Source: Rhynchobatus australiae
Taxonomy: Eukaryota
DNA length: 64,000 bases
NCBI GenBank assembly: GCA_034780895.1
Contig: JAUZTB010000057.1
Coordinates: forward strand, 14,655,989-14,719,988
Direction of reading: 5' to 3'
Part shown: piece by piece, positions 38,621-51,049 of the stretch
Layout of the letters: the number at the start of each line of letters is the position of its first letter
Numbering within the stretch: position 1 is the stretch's first letter
Program-made: the position numbers and the translations under genes
The notes under the pieces: model-generated
The model's input: the letters and a program-made list of their open reading frames with translations, nothing else
Database searches by the model: none
Told to the model about the DNA's origin: nothing

Positions 38621-41600
38621 ATGCCACATTAAAGATGGTCTGCTTTTTGTTTATAAAGTTTAATAAATACAACAGTCAAAAATACAGTTAGAAACTGTTT
38701 TCTTTCAGTAACAACACTTAGCAGTTACTGGTTAGAACACATTTAACTAAAACTTATTTTACTTAGACTGAGGTTGCTGTCATGGATCAAGTTTGTTGAG
38801 TCTTTGAGTTCCCAATGTCTCATATAGCTTCTAAGATAAAAACTTTCTACAACATGATTTCTATTAAACACCTGAAAATCCTTCATGTGATTACTCAGAA
38901 ATATAAATCACAACAAAACACAATAGGTTAAATCAGTTGGAGAAATATTCAAAACACAAAATTACTACTGTGGGTCTAAAACTCAGGGTAAAGCTAAAAA
39001 GCAGGATCAAAAACTAAATGATTGACAGTATTTCTGGTTTGAACCATCATGTTTGTTTGAGTTGCACCATATTTCAACTTGTATTTCCAATTTCTTCCAG
39101 AATAATCATGAACAGACTACAATCTGAACAATTGTTCTGTCACAACATATAATGCAAAATGTGGAACCATGGCTTTTGAATTGGCTCTCTCTGTTGAGAG
39201 CCATATACATGAAGCCTCTGTGGGAGTAGCTATCTCTTCATTAGTGTGGAGAGCTAGGCTGAACTCTGTAACAGAGGTTGAAGGTATATAGATAAAGGGT
39301 AATCTTTAAATGTAAACATATGAAGACTTTTTTGGTCTCACTTGCTCACTTTCTGTGTACATCTTACCACCAAAACAGTTCACTTTTAAACTGATGCCTT
39401 TATAAAGTCACTGAGATTTATTTAATTGGAACAAATCAGACTGTTTATATGAGGGGATTTCAACTTCAACTTCTTAACATGGAAATAAAAATTAATTATA
39501 ATACTTTGCTGCTTCATAAGTAAAATCATCTACAAAAATAGCTCTATAAAACATAGTCTTAAGATTATGGGCTTAATTTCTACTGTAAGTAATGCAAGAG
39601 TGACTTTGGGAGATTTACAGGACTGTGCTGATCAAAGTACATGTGCAGTACTTATACTATCAGTTTCACCCCCTAAAGCCCTCCTGTCAAAACATAAACC
39701 TTTATAAAAGCTTTGTGAAAAAAAGCATGCCGGGTATAATAGTTTTCATTTTAATTCTTTAGTCATTCTGCCCTCAGAGAATGCACATGGTTGCTCTTAT
39801 TAAAGGAGATCTTCGTGTTGGAACCCTCAGCAAATAAGTTCATAGTTCAGCATTTGTCTGAGGAGCGAGACAGAATGATAGATAATTAGGGAGGGAAATA
39901 ACAATGACTGCAACCTCATGGATTCAAGAATGAGACCATGTGGTTAAAATATTTGCAATTAAAGAAGAAGGAATCTTCTGGAAAAATAGAATAGACAACA
40001 TTGTAAGCAGAAGTGAAAGGAAGTAGGGAAGAATTGTAAATAAAAACATACACATAAATAGATCAGGTTAGACGTGAATTAAGACTTACTGCAATAATGT
40101 AAAACAAAGAGTGAATTGGGAAACTGTTCTATACCTCCAAAACGCATCACAAATTGATATGAAACAAAACCCTTTATAAAAAGGTCAATATTTGAATCAT
40201 TGTTGAAATTAAATTTTTTTTAAAAAAAATACAATCTTCTGTGTGAAATGTCAGTTTAACTGTATGCACCTAGTGACATTTGACACAGAGAACATTAATC
40301 ATAGGCCTCTTGGCCCTCCTTAACCTGAACTCAGTTCCATCACTTTCTCTCCCTATATCAGCACAAAGTTCTCATCATTGATACAACATTCCCATTGTCT
40401 GTGATGGTTTCTGTGAATTGAATGAACTTTAGACAAACGCTACAATCATTCTTGATGGAATCCTGTTTGTTGACGCTTCTTAATGTCAGGATATCTTCTG
40501 ATACTGTATCTTAAACCCATACCTCTCACCAAAAAAAATTCTGTTGTTTTACAGATTATCAGACTGACTGTGACCTTTAACCCCATATCTGCCTGGTAAA
40601 GGCTGCATCTTGTCTTTACTAATCACTCCTGATGGAGCTGGGAGCCTGGGAGCCCCGCATTAGCAAATTAAGGTCAGTGTCTTCTGTGTTGGCTGCTGCT
40701 CACTCTCCATCTCACTGTAGGAAACTTTTACACTGACTTCTTAACATCAAACCCAACAGAATTTAATTAGAAAGGGAAAAAACAGGACTGTGAACAAATT
40801 TCATTCATGCTTCAGTGACCTATTGATTCTACCAGTTCAACACTTAAAAAATTGTAAGTTCTGAGAAGGATGCTCATGCCTTTTGCTGGTGACCACAGGG
40901 AGTTAAAAACAAACAGATGCTTGGCGCTAGTTTAGAGGATTTTGAAAATAGACAGTGATGACACCAGGGACTGTTTGGATAGACAAAGGAAATAACTGTG
41001 ACATGCTTAACCAGAAGCTTTTCACATGTCCTTTGGGATTACAAGTGCCGAAAAACTGTAGGACTTGACACAGAGGAAGAGCACAATTACTGAGGACAGA
41101 AATGGACTTAAAAAGGTATGCTTTCCAAAGTGAGGAAAATGGGTTGCCTAAGCTGAATTTAAAATACCCAAAAAATATTGAGTACATTTTTTAAAGGAAA
41201 ATTAGCACTCTTATAGCTCTCAGAATAAGATATGAATCTCCAGATGATGCATACAGTCCCATTTGTTCCATTTTTCCTTTAGAGTTATGAACATTTACTA
41301 AGTTATTGATGCACAGAATGCTGCTTTTTCCTTCAAATATATACAGCTTAGAAATTCTCTCATTTAGTCCAATGTTTATGTGCAGTAGGTGATGGAATTT
41401 CTTCAAAGACTGATTCAGTATTTCCATCTGCAAAATCCACAATTTTCTTTCTATGTTCTGCCTGCATAAGATGAGTTAATGCACAGTGCAGTGACTCCTA
41501 AAGATGTGCACCGACCAATGAATTTGACATGGAACCTGAACTGATCACCATAGTTGGCCAAGTACCACTGCTGATGTGAAGGAATTCCTGGAAGTTGCAG

Positions 41601-41679
41601 ACTTTTGGGACTAGGTCCGTGTTCTTGATGTTTCTCTCCTAGCAGCACGGTACATCTGCTTGGTATTACTGAAGCAGCA

Positions 41680-41895
41680 CAAGAACACAAGAAGTAGAAG
41701 CAAGAGAAGGCCAAACCTGCTCTGCCATTCAACAACATCAAGCACCTTGTCCATTTTTCTACTCAATCCTCCTACCCTCTTGATTCCCTTTGTGTTCAAA
41801 CATCTATTGATCTCAACTTTGGATATTTGCTCCGTGACTAAATAAACATAGTCTGCCAGGGCACCAAATTCCAACATTTACAGCCCTCTTTATCT
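41680..41895 (-). mobile_element. CR1 3' tail
   Basis: aagaacacaagaagtagaagc tail; cctgctctgccattcaaca; ctcttgattccctttgtgttcaaacatctattgatctc. Confidence 0.7.
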
Positions 41896-44841
41896 GCATT
41901 TTAGATCCATACAGTTTTCAGAACATTCCTTCTTCCCATTGTTCCTCTTCACTTTTTGTAGGACTGTTCCAAATTCTCTTTTGCTGTTGCACTTATTTAG
42001 TCTTTAAAGTCCTAGACTTGTTTGAATCAGTTGACAAGGGGCATATGGTGGTGAGGATGCATCCACTGGTTGCTGGGTGTCAATGATTTTACAACCACAG
42101 CAGGAAGATTTCCTTGGACCACTATTTCTAATAAAACTGTAAATACAGTACATAAAAACGTGTTCCGATTTACCAGAAGCAACCATCACAGGCTGTCTGT
42201 CTATTGTTTCCAAACTTGATAAAATAGAATCTTCCCATATTTTAGTTTTTAATATTTTAGTTTTCTGCTATTTGACTGCACAACATCTTTCTCACAATAA
42301 TTATCCGTGACCAACTAGATATGTGAGAGGGTGAGAGAATGGAGAGTTTGGATGCTAAAATCACATAACAAATCTTTACAAACAGAGCATTGCAATTCAA
42401 GACATTCCTTCTCTAACTTGCATTATGTCACAAAGAGGGAATCTTCTGTTGCCATAAGATTGGTAACTGCTTGACCCTGTTTCTTGTAGTGTGACACTGG
42501 GTGCCGCAACATCAGCTGAGTGCAGAAGAATGTTGTCTGAGTATATGCAGCCTGCTGAACTCACAGGATGCTTCCACAGATGTTTGGAATGGCTCCTGTG
42601 CTGTGCATGTTAGTAAACAGCTCTGCTGACCACTTACTTCCCTGTAGTCTGAAATTTTAGGAATTGTTTTGGCTTCAGCTGCCTACCCTGACCGGGTTCT
42701 CTTCAGATGCTGTGCTGTTCCTCATGTTTGAGGTCCTGAAAGGTGTGTCTATTCCTGGATATTCTCGACAAACTGCTTCAGTGTTGCTATTACTGTCAAT
42801 TTGTCTTCCCTGCTGGATGGTGTCCTTGAGCTTATTAGAAGCTGTGAAACAAGTTGCCAGGGTTACTGGTGTGGTTGTTAGTTGGTTGGCTAAATACAAC
42901 TAATCCTAGGCAACACAGGTGCAGGCACACACACACACACTTCAACTCACAATTAATTGCCTTTCTTCCGGCTGCTGATTTCCTCTATTCAATTGAATGG
43001 GGTGGTTCTTAATTTATACCAGGTTCAAACTGGTACAGGTTCAGTGAACAAGCAGAGAGCAGGGAAACCTGTAGATGTTCATGGCACTGAGATGGACTCT
43101 GTCAGGACGTGTCAAAGATCCAGCCCACGATTAATTTTCCACCATCAGTCTACAGCAAATTTTGGCTAGAGTCTGCAGATGAGGAAAACCTTTACGGATT
43201 TTAACACTGTGAGTGAACCAAAGACATTGAGCCTGCAAGAATCCACTGTTCAGTTTAATTTGGAAGCAGGCTTCAGTTTTGAGTTGCTGTGATGGGAAGG
43301 AGTTAGAAACAGCTGCTGAAAGGAATGGAAAATCTTGCCCACTGCATGCTTAAAAACCTAAATGATGCAGCCATCAACAGAAGACAGAATGACAGTCCTA
43401 GAGGCCACCTTTAACTGGGTAAACAAATGTTGAATGTCGCGAGAGACTCAATAGTGCAGATGCCAGCACATCATCCTTTGATCCCTTCAGTACAAAGCCA
43501 ACACAGATGGATGGATAGATCCTCCCTAAAATGACTCAACAATGTGAGTCAATTGCATGAAGTTCTAGCAACTGTTCTTCCAACCTCAAGTCTTATTCAA
43601 GATGCATCAAGGAGCCTTATCATTGGGAATGGAAGGACACACAATTGTAAAATAGGGTTTGCATTTATGAGCCTGGGTTTAAAACACATTGAGTTTACTT
43701 TGATGATATAAATCGACACTGATATCTAGATTTTCCAACTGCACTTATTTTAATCTTTGTATTTACCCTGTCCAAAATAGAAAAAAGTTGCCATTAGTAG
43801 AAAAGTCAAAACAAGTGACATTAAATGGTATTATCCCACAGCCCCACCCATAAGCAGCATAACAGACCAAATTTTGGGGTCAGCTGTGAAGCAATGTGGG
43901 TGGCTGCTCACCTCACTGGCAGCTATGCACAGAGTTTATATGGGAAACTGAGCAGATATTTGCTCTGCTCCAGTGCACTGCCACATCCTCTGCAGGGCAT
44001 CTGTCACATCTGTGAACAGGACAAGAAACAGCGATTCTCTCTAGCCAATCAGACAGAGGAATCCACACTGAGACACGCAGAATCCAAACCTGGAAGAATA
44101 AATTAGATTTAAATCATTGCAAAATACAAAATAAAGTTAGCAAAAACAGATAGGATTAAAAATGAATTAAGCATGCCTGTCAGGAAAAGTAAAAAGAAAC
44201 TTAATAACATCTGAAGGAAAAGGACACTGCACATAAAATTAAAAGGGGTAGGGATGTTATTTGTCAGCAATTATTACACTGNNNNNNNNNNNNNNNNNNN
44301 NNNNNNNNNNNNNNNNNNNNNNNNNNNNNNNNNNNNNNNNNNNNNNNNNNNNNNNNNNNNNNNNNNNNNNNNNNNNNNNNNGTTGGTTACTGGTAAGTAC
44401 TATGAAAAACATGCAAAGGCATTTAATTAAAGTCTTTTGGCAAAGTTTTGACATAACATAGAGAACTGAACAGCAATTCTGAATTTCCACATTTACCTGT
44501 ACAGGTAAAAGAAGTTAAAGCTAAATTTTATAATGATAAATAGTAATCCAGCAATGGGAAATTTGAAAGGTTTTATTCAGCAGTCTTGTGCTCCTTAAAT
44601 AGGAGCGCAGCTCAAAGACAGAACTATAATTTATTAATCCTAATTATTTTGTTTAGGTCAATCAATGCTGAAGAAGTGGATCTGTTGAATTTACATCACT
44701 CTTTCATATCAGCAAATACAAAAAGTTTGTCATTGTCCTCATGTACATCTGAGAGAAGAACAAAAATAATTTTGCAGCCGTTGATTCAGAGTTGGTGTGC
44801 ATAAAATTGTTCAGTGGAACACCCCAGCTTCAATCAAATCA

Positions 44842-45362
44842 AAGCTGGGGCTGTTTTCTCTGGAGTGGAGGCTGAGGGGAGATTTGATAGAAATTTATAA
44901 AATTGTATGAGACATAAGTAGAGTAGATAGCCAGTATCTTTTCCCCAGGATTGAAATATCCAGTACTAGAGGGCATGTATTTAAGGTGGGAGGGGAAAAG
45001 TACAAAGGAGATGTGTGAGGCAATTTTTTTTTACACAGAGCTGTGGGGACCTGGAATGCAATGACAGGGGTAGTGGTGGAGGCAGATCGCAGAGGATTGT
45101 TTAAGGGACTCTTAGATTGGCATATCAATATGCAGAGAAATGGTAAATGTGTGAGGGAGAGGGATTAGATTAATTAGGAGGCATTGGTTTAATTAGTCTG
45201 GTACAACGTCATGGGCCGACAGGCCTGTCCTGTGCNNNNNNNNNNNNNNNNNNNNNNNNNNNNNNNNNNNNNNNNNNNNNNNNNNNNNNNNNNNNNNNNN
45301 NNNNNNNNNNNNNNNNNNNNNNNNNNNNNNNNNNNCCTGTGCTGTACTATGTTCTATGTTCT
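44842..45362 (+). mobile_element. 5'-truncated CR1 3' fragment
   Basis: aagctggggctgttttctctggagtggaggctgaggggagatttgatagaaatttataaaattgtatgag (KLGLFSLE..LRGDLIEIYKI); ends in ctgtgctgtactatgttctatgttcta. Confidence 0.9.
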
Positions 45363-45768
45363 AAATCAACCTTCCTTCTAGTCTGCCTGATAGGACTGAA
45401 AAGCAAACTGTAAGAGCAAAAGAGTACATTCAATTACTCTAATAATTTTAAATCAATCTCAGTGTTATAATAATGATGCGTGTAGTAAAAGCATAACTGT
45501 GGCCTTAGCTGCAGGAAATGAGGGTAAGTTTAGCTTGCATTTGCTTTCTCTAATTTGCATCATGGTTTACTGACCAAATAAGAATATTTTATGGATAATA
45601 TATTTTATAGCCCCTTGATAGGCAAAATAGTATTCAGAGAAGAGTAAATATTAGAGGATAATGAATATAAATTTTAAAAATTCTAAGGTATTAATCCAAT
45701 CAAAAGATCAGATGACATCATAAACTAAAGATTCTGCTCAAATGATTTATGGTTATCATTTCTGTGGT

Positions 45769-45880
45769 ATTATTATGTTGAGTGTTAGACTCAACATAAT
45801 AATGTTGTAGACTAATGTTAGAGTCTCTTTAATGTTAGAGTTTAATGTTAGCCTCTTTTAATGTTAGCCTCTTATGTTCG
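45769..45880. repeat. 15-bp perfect hairpin followed by degenerate (TAATGTTAG..)n repeats
   Basis: attattatgttgagt-gttag-actcaacataataat at 45769-45803, then about five taatgttag-type units. Confidence 0.85.
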
Positions 45881-48029
45881 AGTAATATTTCGACTTTAAG
45901 GATGCTGTGGAGTTCCCTTCTAAGAAAACTGTGTAGGACAGTAGTTGAGAGCAAGAGGTCATAAATTTCAAACCAATAAAGAGGCACCACGGTGGGTGCC
46001 AATTTAATGAGCAGTAATGTGCATATTTAATCGTTAATACAAAGGATAAATCTATTGAAAGGCTCAGCAAGGAGTATGTCCTATTATTGGTAATATAAGT
46101 ATTGACAGAAAATACATTTTATGAGCATACACATTCTGCTTCTTCTTTTATCTGCATAAGNNNNNNNNNNCTCCAGCTCCTTCTTGTTAATCTGGAAAAT
46201 GCATGTTTTTGAAGCACACCAATAACCTTCTTAACTGGTGAGAGGGGTTAATCTCTAAAATAAAATCAGTCCCACCAAATTTAAAGCCAGAAAAATGTTA
46301 GGATTTAACACTTCAAAACCTCACCCAATCCTATTATTGGGGTTACAATTTCCCTCAGCAGAGACTGAAACAGGAAGTGTCAGTTGGAACATTCGTTATA
46401 AAGCNNNNNNNNNNNNNNNNNNNNNNNNNNNNNNNNNNNNNNNNNNNNNNNNNNNNNNNNNNNNNNNNNNNNNNNNNNNNNNNNNNNNNNNNNNNNNNNN
46501 NNNNNNNNNNNNNNNNNNNNNNNNNNNNNNNNNNNNNNNNNNNNNNNNNNNNNNNNCCAAAAGCACAGAATCTGCAGACTGACATCAAATTTACTCCTAA
46601 GGATGGAGTTCAGACCTACTCTCTGCTATTCTTACCAAAAATATATTGGCTTTTATTGCTTTTGAGTCTAACTATTCCTATCTCTTGAAGTTAAGGACTA
46701 GACATATTCATATTGTGAATATCTGAGTGTGTTATTTTCCTTTTTTAAACATTTTAGGATTGGATTATGAGGGACTATGATTACTCACAGAAGACCATAC
46801 AAGGTGAATGCTTGATTTTTATAGACCTAATTAGATGATTTTCTAACACTAATAGAGACAGAATAGTAGATAAGAAAGTAAGAGCTTTTGTCACCCTCCT
46901 CCCTATGAGTAATTGCAAGCTGACAATAATTGACAGGTGAGGAGTGCAATTTTCTTAGACTTGTGACATCAACAATATTAGATAACACAACAACTCTTGA
47001 AGATGTAAGAAAGATCATTAAAAATATTCCTATTGGAATAGGTATAACTCACTTTAGACTGAAACATGGAGGAAATCAAGTTACATGCAGGTGTTGTAAG
47101 TCTCCTTTATGGCAGTAATTAGACTTAGATGGCATGTTGCTTTTTCAGATCAATGATCCCACATATTTTCTCATTTTAGCTTAAATATTTTATGAAAATA
47201 ATTATCAGGCAATATTGTCCCTTTTGGCTATTTTAACAACAGACATCAAGGTAGGAGTGAAGGAATGGTTGCCTCTAAATTGAATCATGTAGTGTTTGTT
47301 TTATTTTAGGTGTTAATCCTGCAAATTTTGATTTTACCCAGAATCGTTTTGGGGTGAATTTTCACTAATCATGTAATTGGAATCCAATTGCAATCCAGGT
47401 TAGTATGATGATATTTTCTCAGTATCACATGTGCACCTGATGACATCATCATTCATGTAACACTCAAATTGATATTCATTGGAGCACAAAGCTCCAAAGA
47501 CTGTGGTGGAACAATCTTCATAGAACTAGGGGCCCATTAGAGTAGTTTTCTTGCTAATTAAAGAGATACACTGCTGATATGGGGAGATGTCACCAGGTAG
47601 CTTCAGAACTGACAATTGGCTGCTCAAATACAGCAGTATGTGGTTAAAATTACAGTGAGTAATTTCTCCAGCATTTTGCTGCTGAGGTTCTCAGTCTATG
47701 AGTCGCTCAGCAGTGACATCACTGGCAACATTCCATTAATGCAAACATCATGATAGCCATCAGTGGGCATTCATATTGGATCAGGATGGGAGCAAAGACA
47801 TTTGTGAACAGCTGATTCCCACAGAGTCTTTACATCTTTCCCAGACCTCTTAATGAACAGGGCCTAAGTTTTTCAAGACTCATCCCGGAGAAGAGTGATA
47901 TTCTGGAAGATTTTGGCCATTTATATTGTCCTATACTGAAGTGGGCCAATCAGCTCATCAGATTCATACTGGTTCCCAACAGACCAATCTCATTCCCTCC
48001 TTATTTCCCTGTGGCCCTCCCATACCTAG

Positions 48030-48395
48030 ACTGCTCCTTCTGTGTAAGTCAAGGTCACATTGACTCTCAACTTTCTTACCACAGGATCATCCCAAGTGGC
48101 TGCAGCAGATCTCTGCCAATTCACTTTTGCATGAGTGCAGTCATCAAGGTAATATATTCACCAAGAAATAAGTTCACCCCTATCAGTTTATTGAAGAAAA
48201 GTTGGCATCTTGGGAACTGTTATTTGTCAGCATTATTAGCTTCCAGTGACTGCAAGCAGCGACTGGCACAATGTACAGCTGGTTGTAGATTGTGAGAAAG
48301 ATTTCCTCTCCTGAATGCCATGTTTCAGGAAAGCACATGATTTCTTCATCCTCAGGGAGTCCACGCTGCTGGACTTTTTCAGTGGCCAGCACTCC
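48030..48395 (+). pseudogene. Fossil PIF/Harbinger transposase fragments
   Basis: TAPSV*VKVTLTLNFLTTGSSQVAAADLC (from 48030) and HNVQLVVDCEKDFLS*MPCFRKAHDFFILRES (from 48267) match the Harbinger/HARBI1-family motifs ALxFxATGSFQ and NVQxVCD...PGSxHDxxIL in the right order. Confidence 0.75.
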
Positions 48396-48587
48396 CTTAA
48401 TGAACAAGATATTAAAAACAAGGTATTAACAGAACAAATTTTGGATGCAGATTACAATGCTGGGATGTTTGAGAAACATGGTATTTTTAGCACTACTGAC
48501 AGAGATCATGTAACTCAGCTCATTGCTTTGATTGAGCTATGTCAATCCATACGAGAGCAAGCAGTAATACCGAATGCTTTATAAAGG

Positions 48588-48784
48588 CAGAAAATGCTTG
48601 AATATTCAGCAGGGCAGGCAGTATCTATGGAAAGAAAAACTGAGTTTTCATTTCAGGTCAAAGACTCTTCATCAGAAGCACCCTTTAAACTGAAACATTA
48701 ACTTTATTTTTTCACAGATACTGCCTGATCTGCTGAGTATTTCCAGGATATTCTGTGCATTTTAGATTGCCAGTATCTGCAGTT
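48588..48784. mobile_element. Fold-back Penelope-like terminal remnant
   Basis: ttcagcagggcaggcagtatct arm and inverted agatactgcctgatctgctgag arm; minus-strand CTGATGA...GAAA core at 48651-48675. Confidence 0.65.
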
Positions 48785-51003
48785 CTTAAAAAAAAATTAA
48801 TGCATTATNNNNNNNNNNNNNNNNNNNNNNNNNNNNNNNNNNNNNNNNNNNNNNNNNNNNNNNNNNNNNNNNNNNNNNNNNNNNNNNNNNNNNNNNNNNN
48901 NNNNNNNNCTTAAAAAAAAATTAATGCATTATATGGTTGCATCAGCTTCTGCATTGACTTCAATGGAAAAACTTTGGAAGCAGAGTACAAAGCACACATG
49001 GGGCTATCACCCAAGGATAAACTTCTAGGCATCTCCATCACTAATATTTATCCTAGTGGAAATTCAGTGAAGTTTCCACGGCAGACTCTTCCAGGAAAAT
49101 GTTTTGTTAATCATGTTTCAAGTTCTGGGCATCTACCCAAAACATCAAGGCAACATTCAAGAGGGAAGAAGCAAAATCCCATTGAGGATCAAAGAATTCT
49201 GTCAAATAAGAGAATAATTATTGTAACAGAAACTCGAACAGCACAAGAGGTCAACAGCCTGAAATCTGTTTCTTTTTCCATAGATAATGTTCAACCTGCC
49301 AGGCACTTCCAGCATCTTCTGTTTTTAAGGCAGTTTCCTGGGACCCATGATATTTTCTTAACAGAATAATTGTGCTACAAAAAGAACAAACCATGTAGCC
49401 CACAGGGAAAACTAGGCAGGTATACTCACAGTGTAGGTTGGGCTCCAGCCCTCAATATCTGCAGAGTCAGTGCTCACAAAGTGTTAATACAATAAATCCA
49501 TAAAACAGATAACAGGAATCATCATTAGTCATGCCTCATTGGATCAGTAAAGTTCCTCAATCAAGTCTGTCCTGAGTCGATCATTAGCCCCTGACCAACA
49601 CCAACATGCTACATTACTTTAAGAGAAACAGATGGCCTCTGGACAGTAAAATAAAAGCCCACATTCAGCAGGTCAATAGACAGTTCCATGTTAGAAGGTT
49701 AGGGTCAAACTAACAAGGAGATATGCCCAAATCTTTGGGGTACCTCTGAACCAGTGAAGCCTGGTTAATCCACATAGAGTCAGACAAATCATTGGTAGGT
49801 TAATCTATGCCGCATTGATTAAAATTACTGCATAATCACATTTTATAATTGTGTGCAGATGACTGAATAGATGGATACCTTGCATATGCTTTTGAGTCAG
49901 TTTGATTATAATGGAGCTCCTGGAAATAATTCCTGTTAAATTTGTGAATGAATTTATCTACCCTTCCAATTTAATTGTAACATCTTTATTTCCCTTGAAT
50001 TGTTGGCCATGTCTACAAATGAAGATGATTCCCCTGTAAAGGTTAACAATTTTGTTACATATTCTACCAGGGAGAAATCTTCTCACGGTTATCCAGAGGC
50101 AAAGCGTTGAGGGAGATATTCTTCTCTGATTACTTGAATGAAGTATTTGCAAAACATTAGCCACTGGTTAAACATCCAGTGGAGGTGCAGATGGTGAGAA
50201 AAGTGACTAAACATGATGTCTTAGTCTTCATGGACTGATACAACTAGTCTTTTTCCTGCCAGATTTACTTATTCATATGTATGGTTGTTCCCAATGTGTT
50301 CTTATTATGAAAAGGTAATCATAATGAATTGTAAGGTAGAAATTAGCTAAATTATATTATGGCATAAGAGCTAGATAAAAATTCTGCCAGTATGAACACA
50401 TCATGGTAAAGTAGTCATTACCCCCATCCCTAATCTTTTTTTGTGTCTGACCAGACTAAGTGGTTAAGCACCATAATGTTCTAATTGGCATCATAATAAC
50501 TTTCTTATAGTTATGGTGATATAAGTAGTAGTAGCATGATATCAGCATTGTCTGATGTCACCTGCATACCCGTCAATTATCATCTGCATTGCCTTTTGTT
50601 ATTAACAGTGAATCCTAACAACTGGCTGCAGTGTAGCCTTTAGAGGTGATGATATTTACGTTGGTCATTCAGAGTCAGCACTTTGATTTCAGAAAACCTA
50701 CCATATAAACGGCTTCTGATTTTAAGTGAGCTTTCTAGACTAATGAGATGGTTCTGTTTTCTTAGTTAATAATTGCAACCTCTGTTTTTTTTAAAAAATG
50801 GGATAACTGATCTGTCTAGAATCCAGTTGCCAATTGATATTATCTTGAATAAGATATCTTTGCTAGTTCAAGACCCGTTGTAACTTTTGTGAAACCATAT
50901 TTAATCCCATGGCAACCTTGCCTCTTGTGATACAACATGCTTGGAGATAGATATGGAGCAACTCCTTGTTTGTTGCCTGGTGCAACAACACCTTTTCCAG
51001 GAG

Positions 51004-51049
51004 TTGCAGGTGGTGTATTGACTACACATCTGCAATACACCACCTGCAA
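51004..51049. repeat. Perfect 17-bp inverted repeat with 12-nt loop
   Basis: ttgcaggtggtgtattg-actacacatctg-caatacaccacctgcaa. Confidence 0.95.

Noticed and set aside
42638-42899. Ser/Thr/Asn-rich minus-strand ORF near a gtaagt donor
   Set aside because: The frame stops before the donor and no homology is recognised
48315-48584. Protein-like 89-aa ORF as a host exon
   Set aside because: N-terminal part is explained by the Harbinger transposase fossil; the remainder is unrecognised
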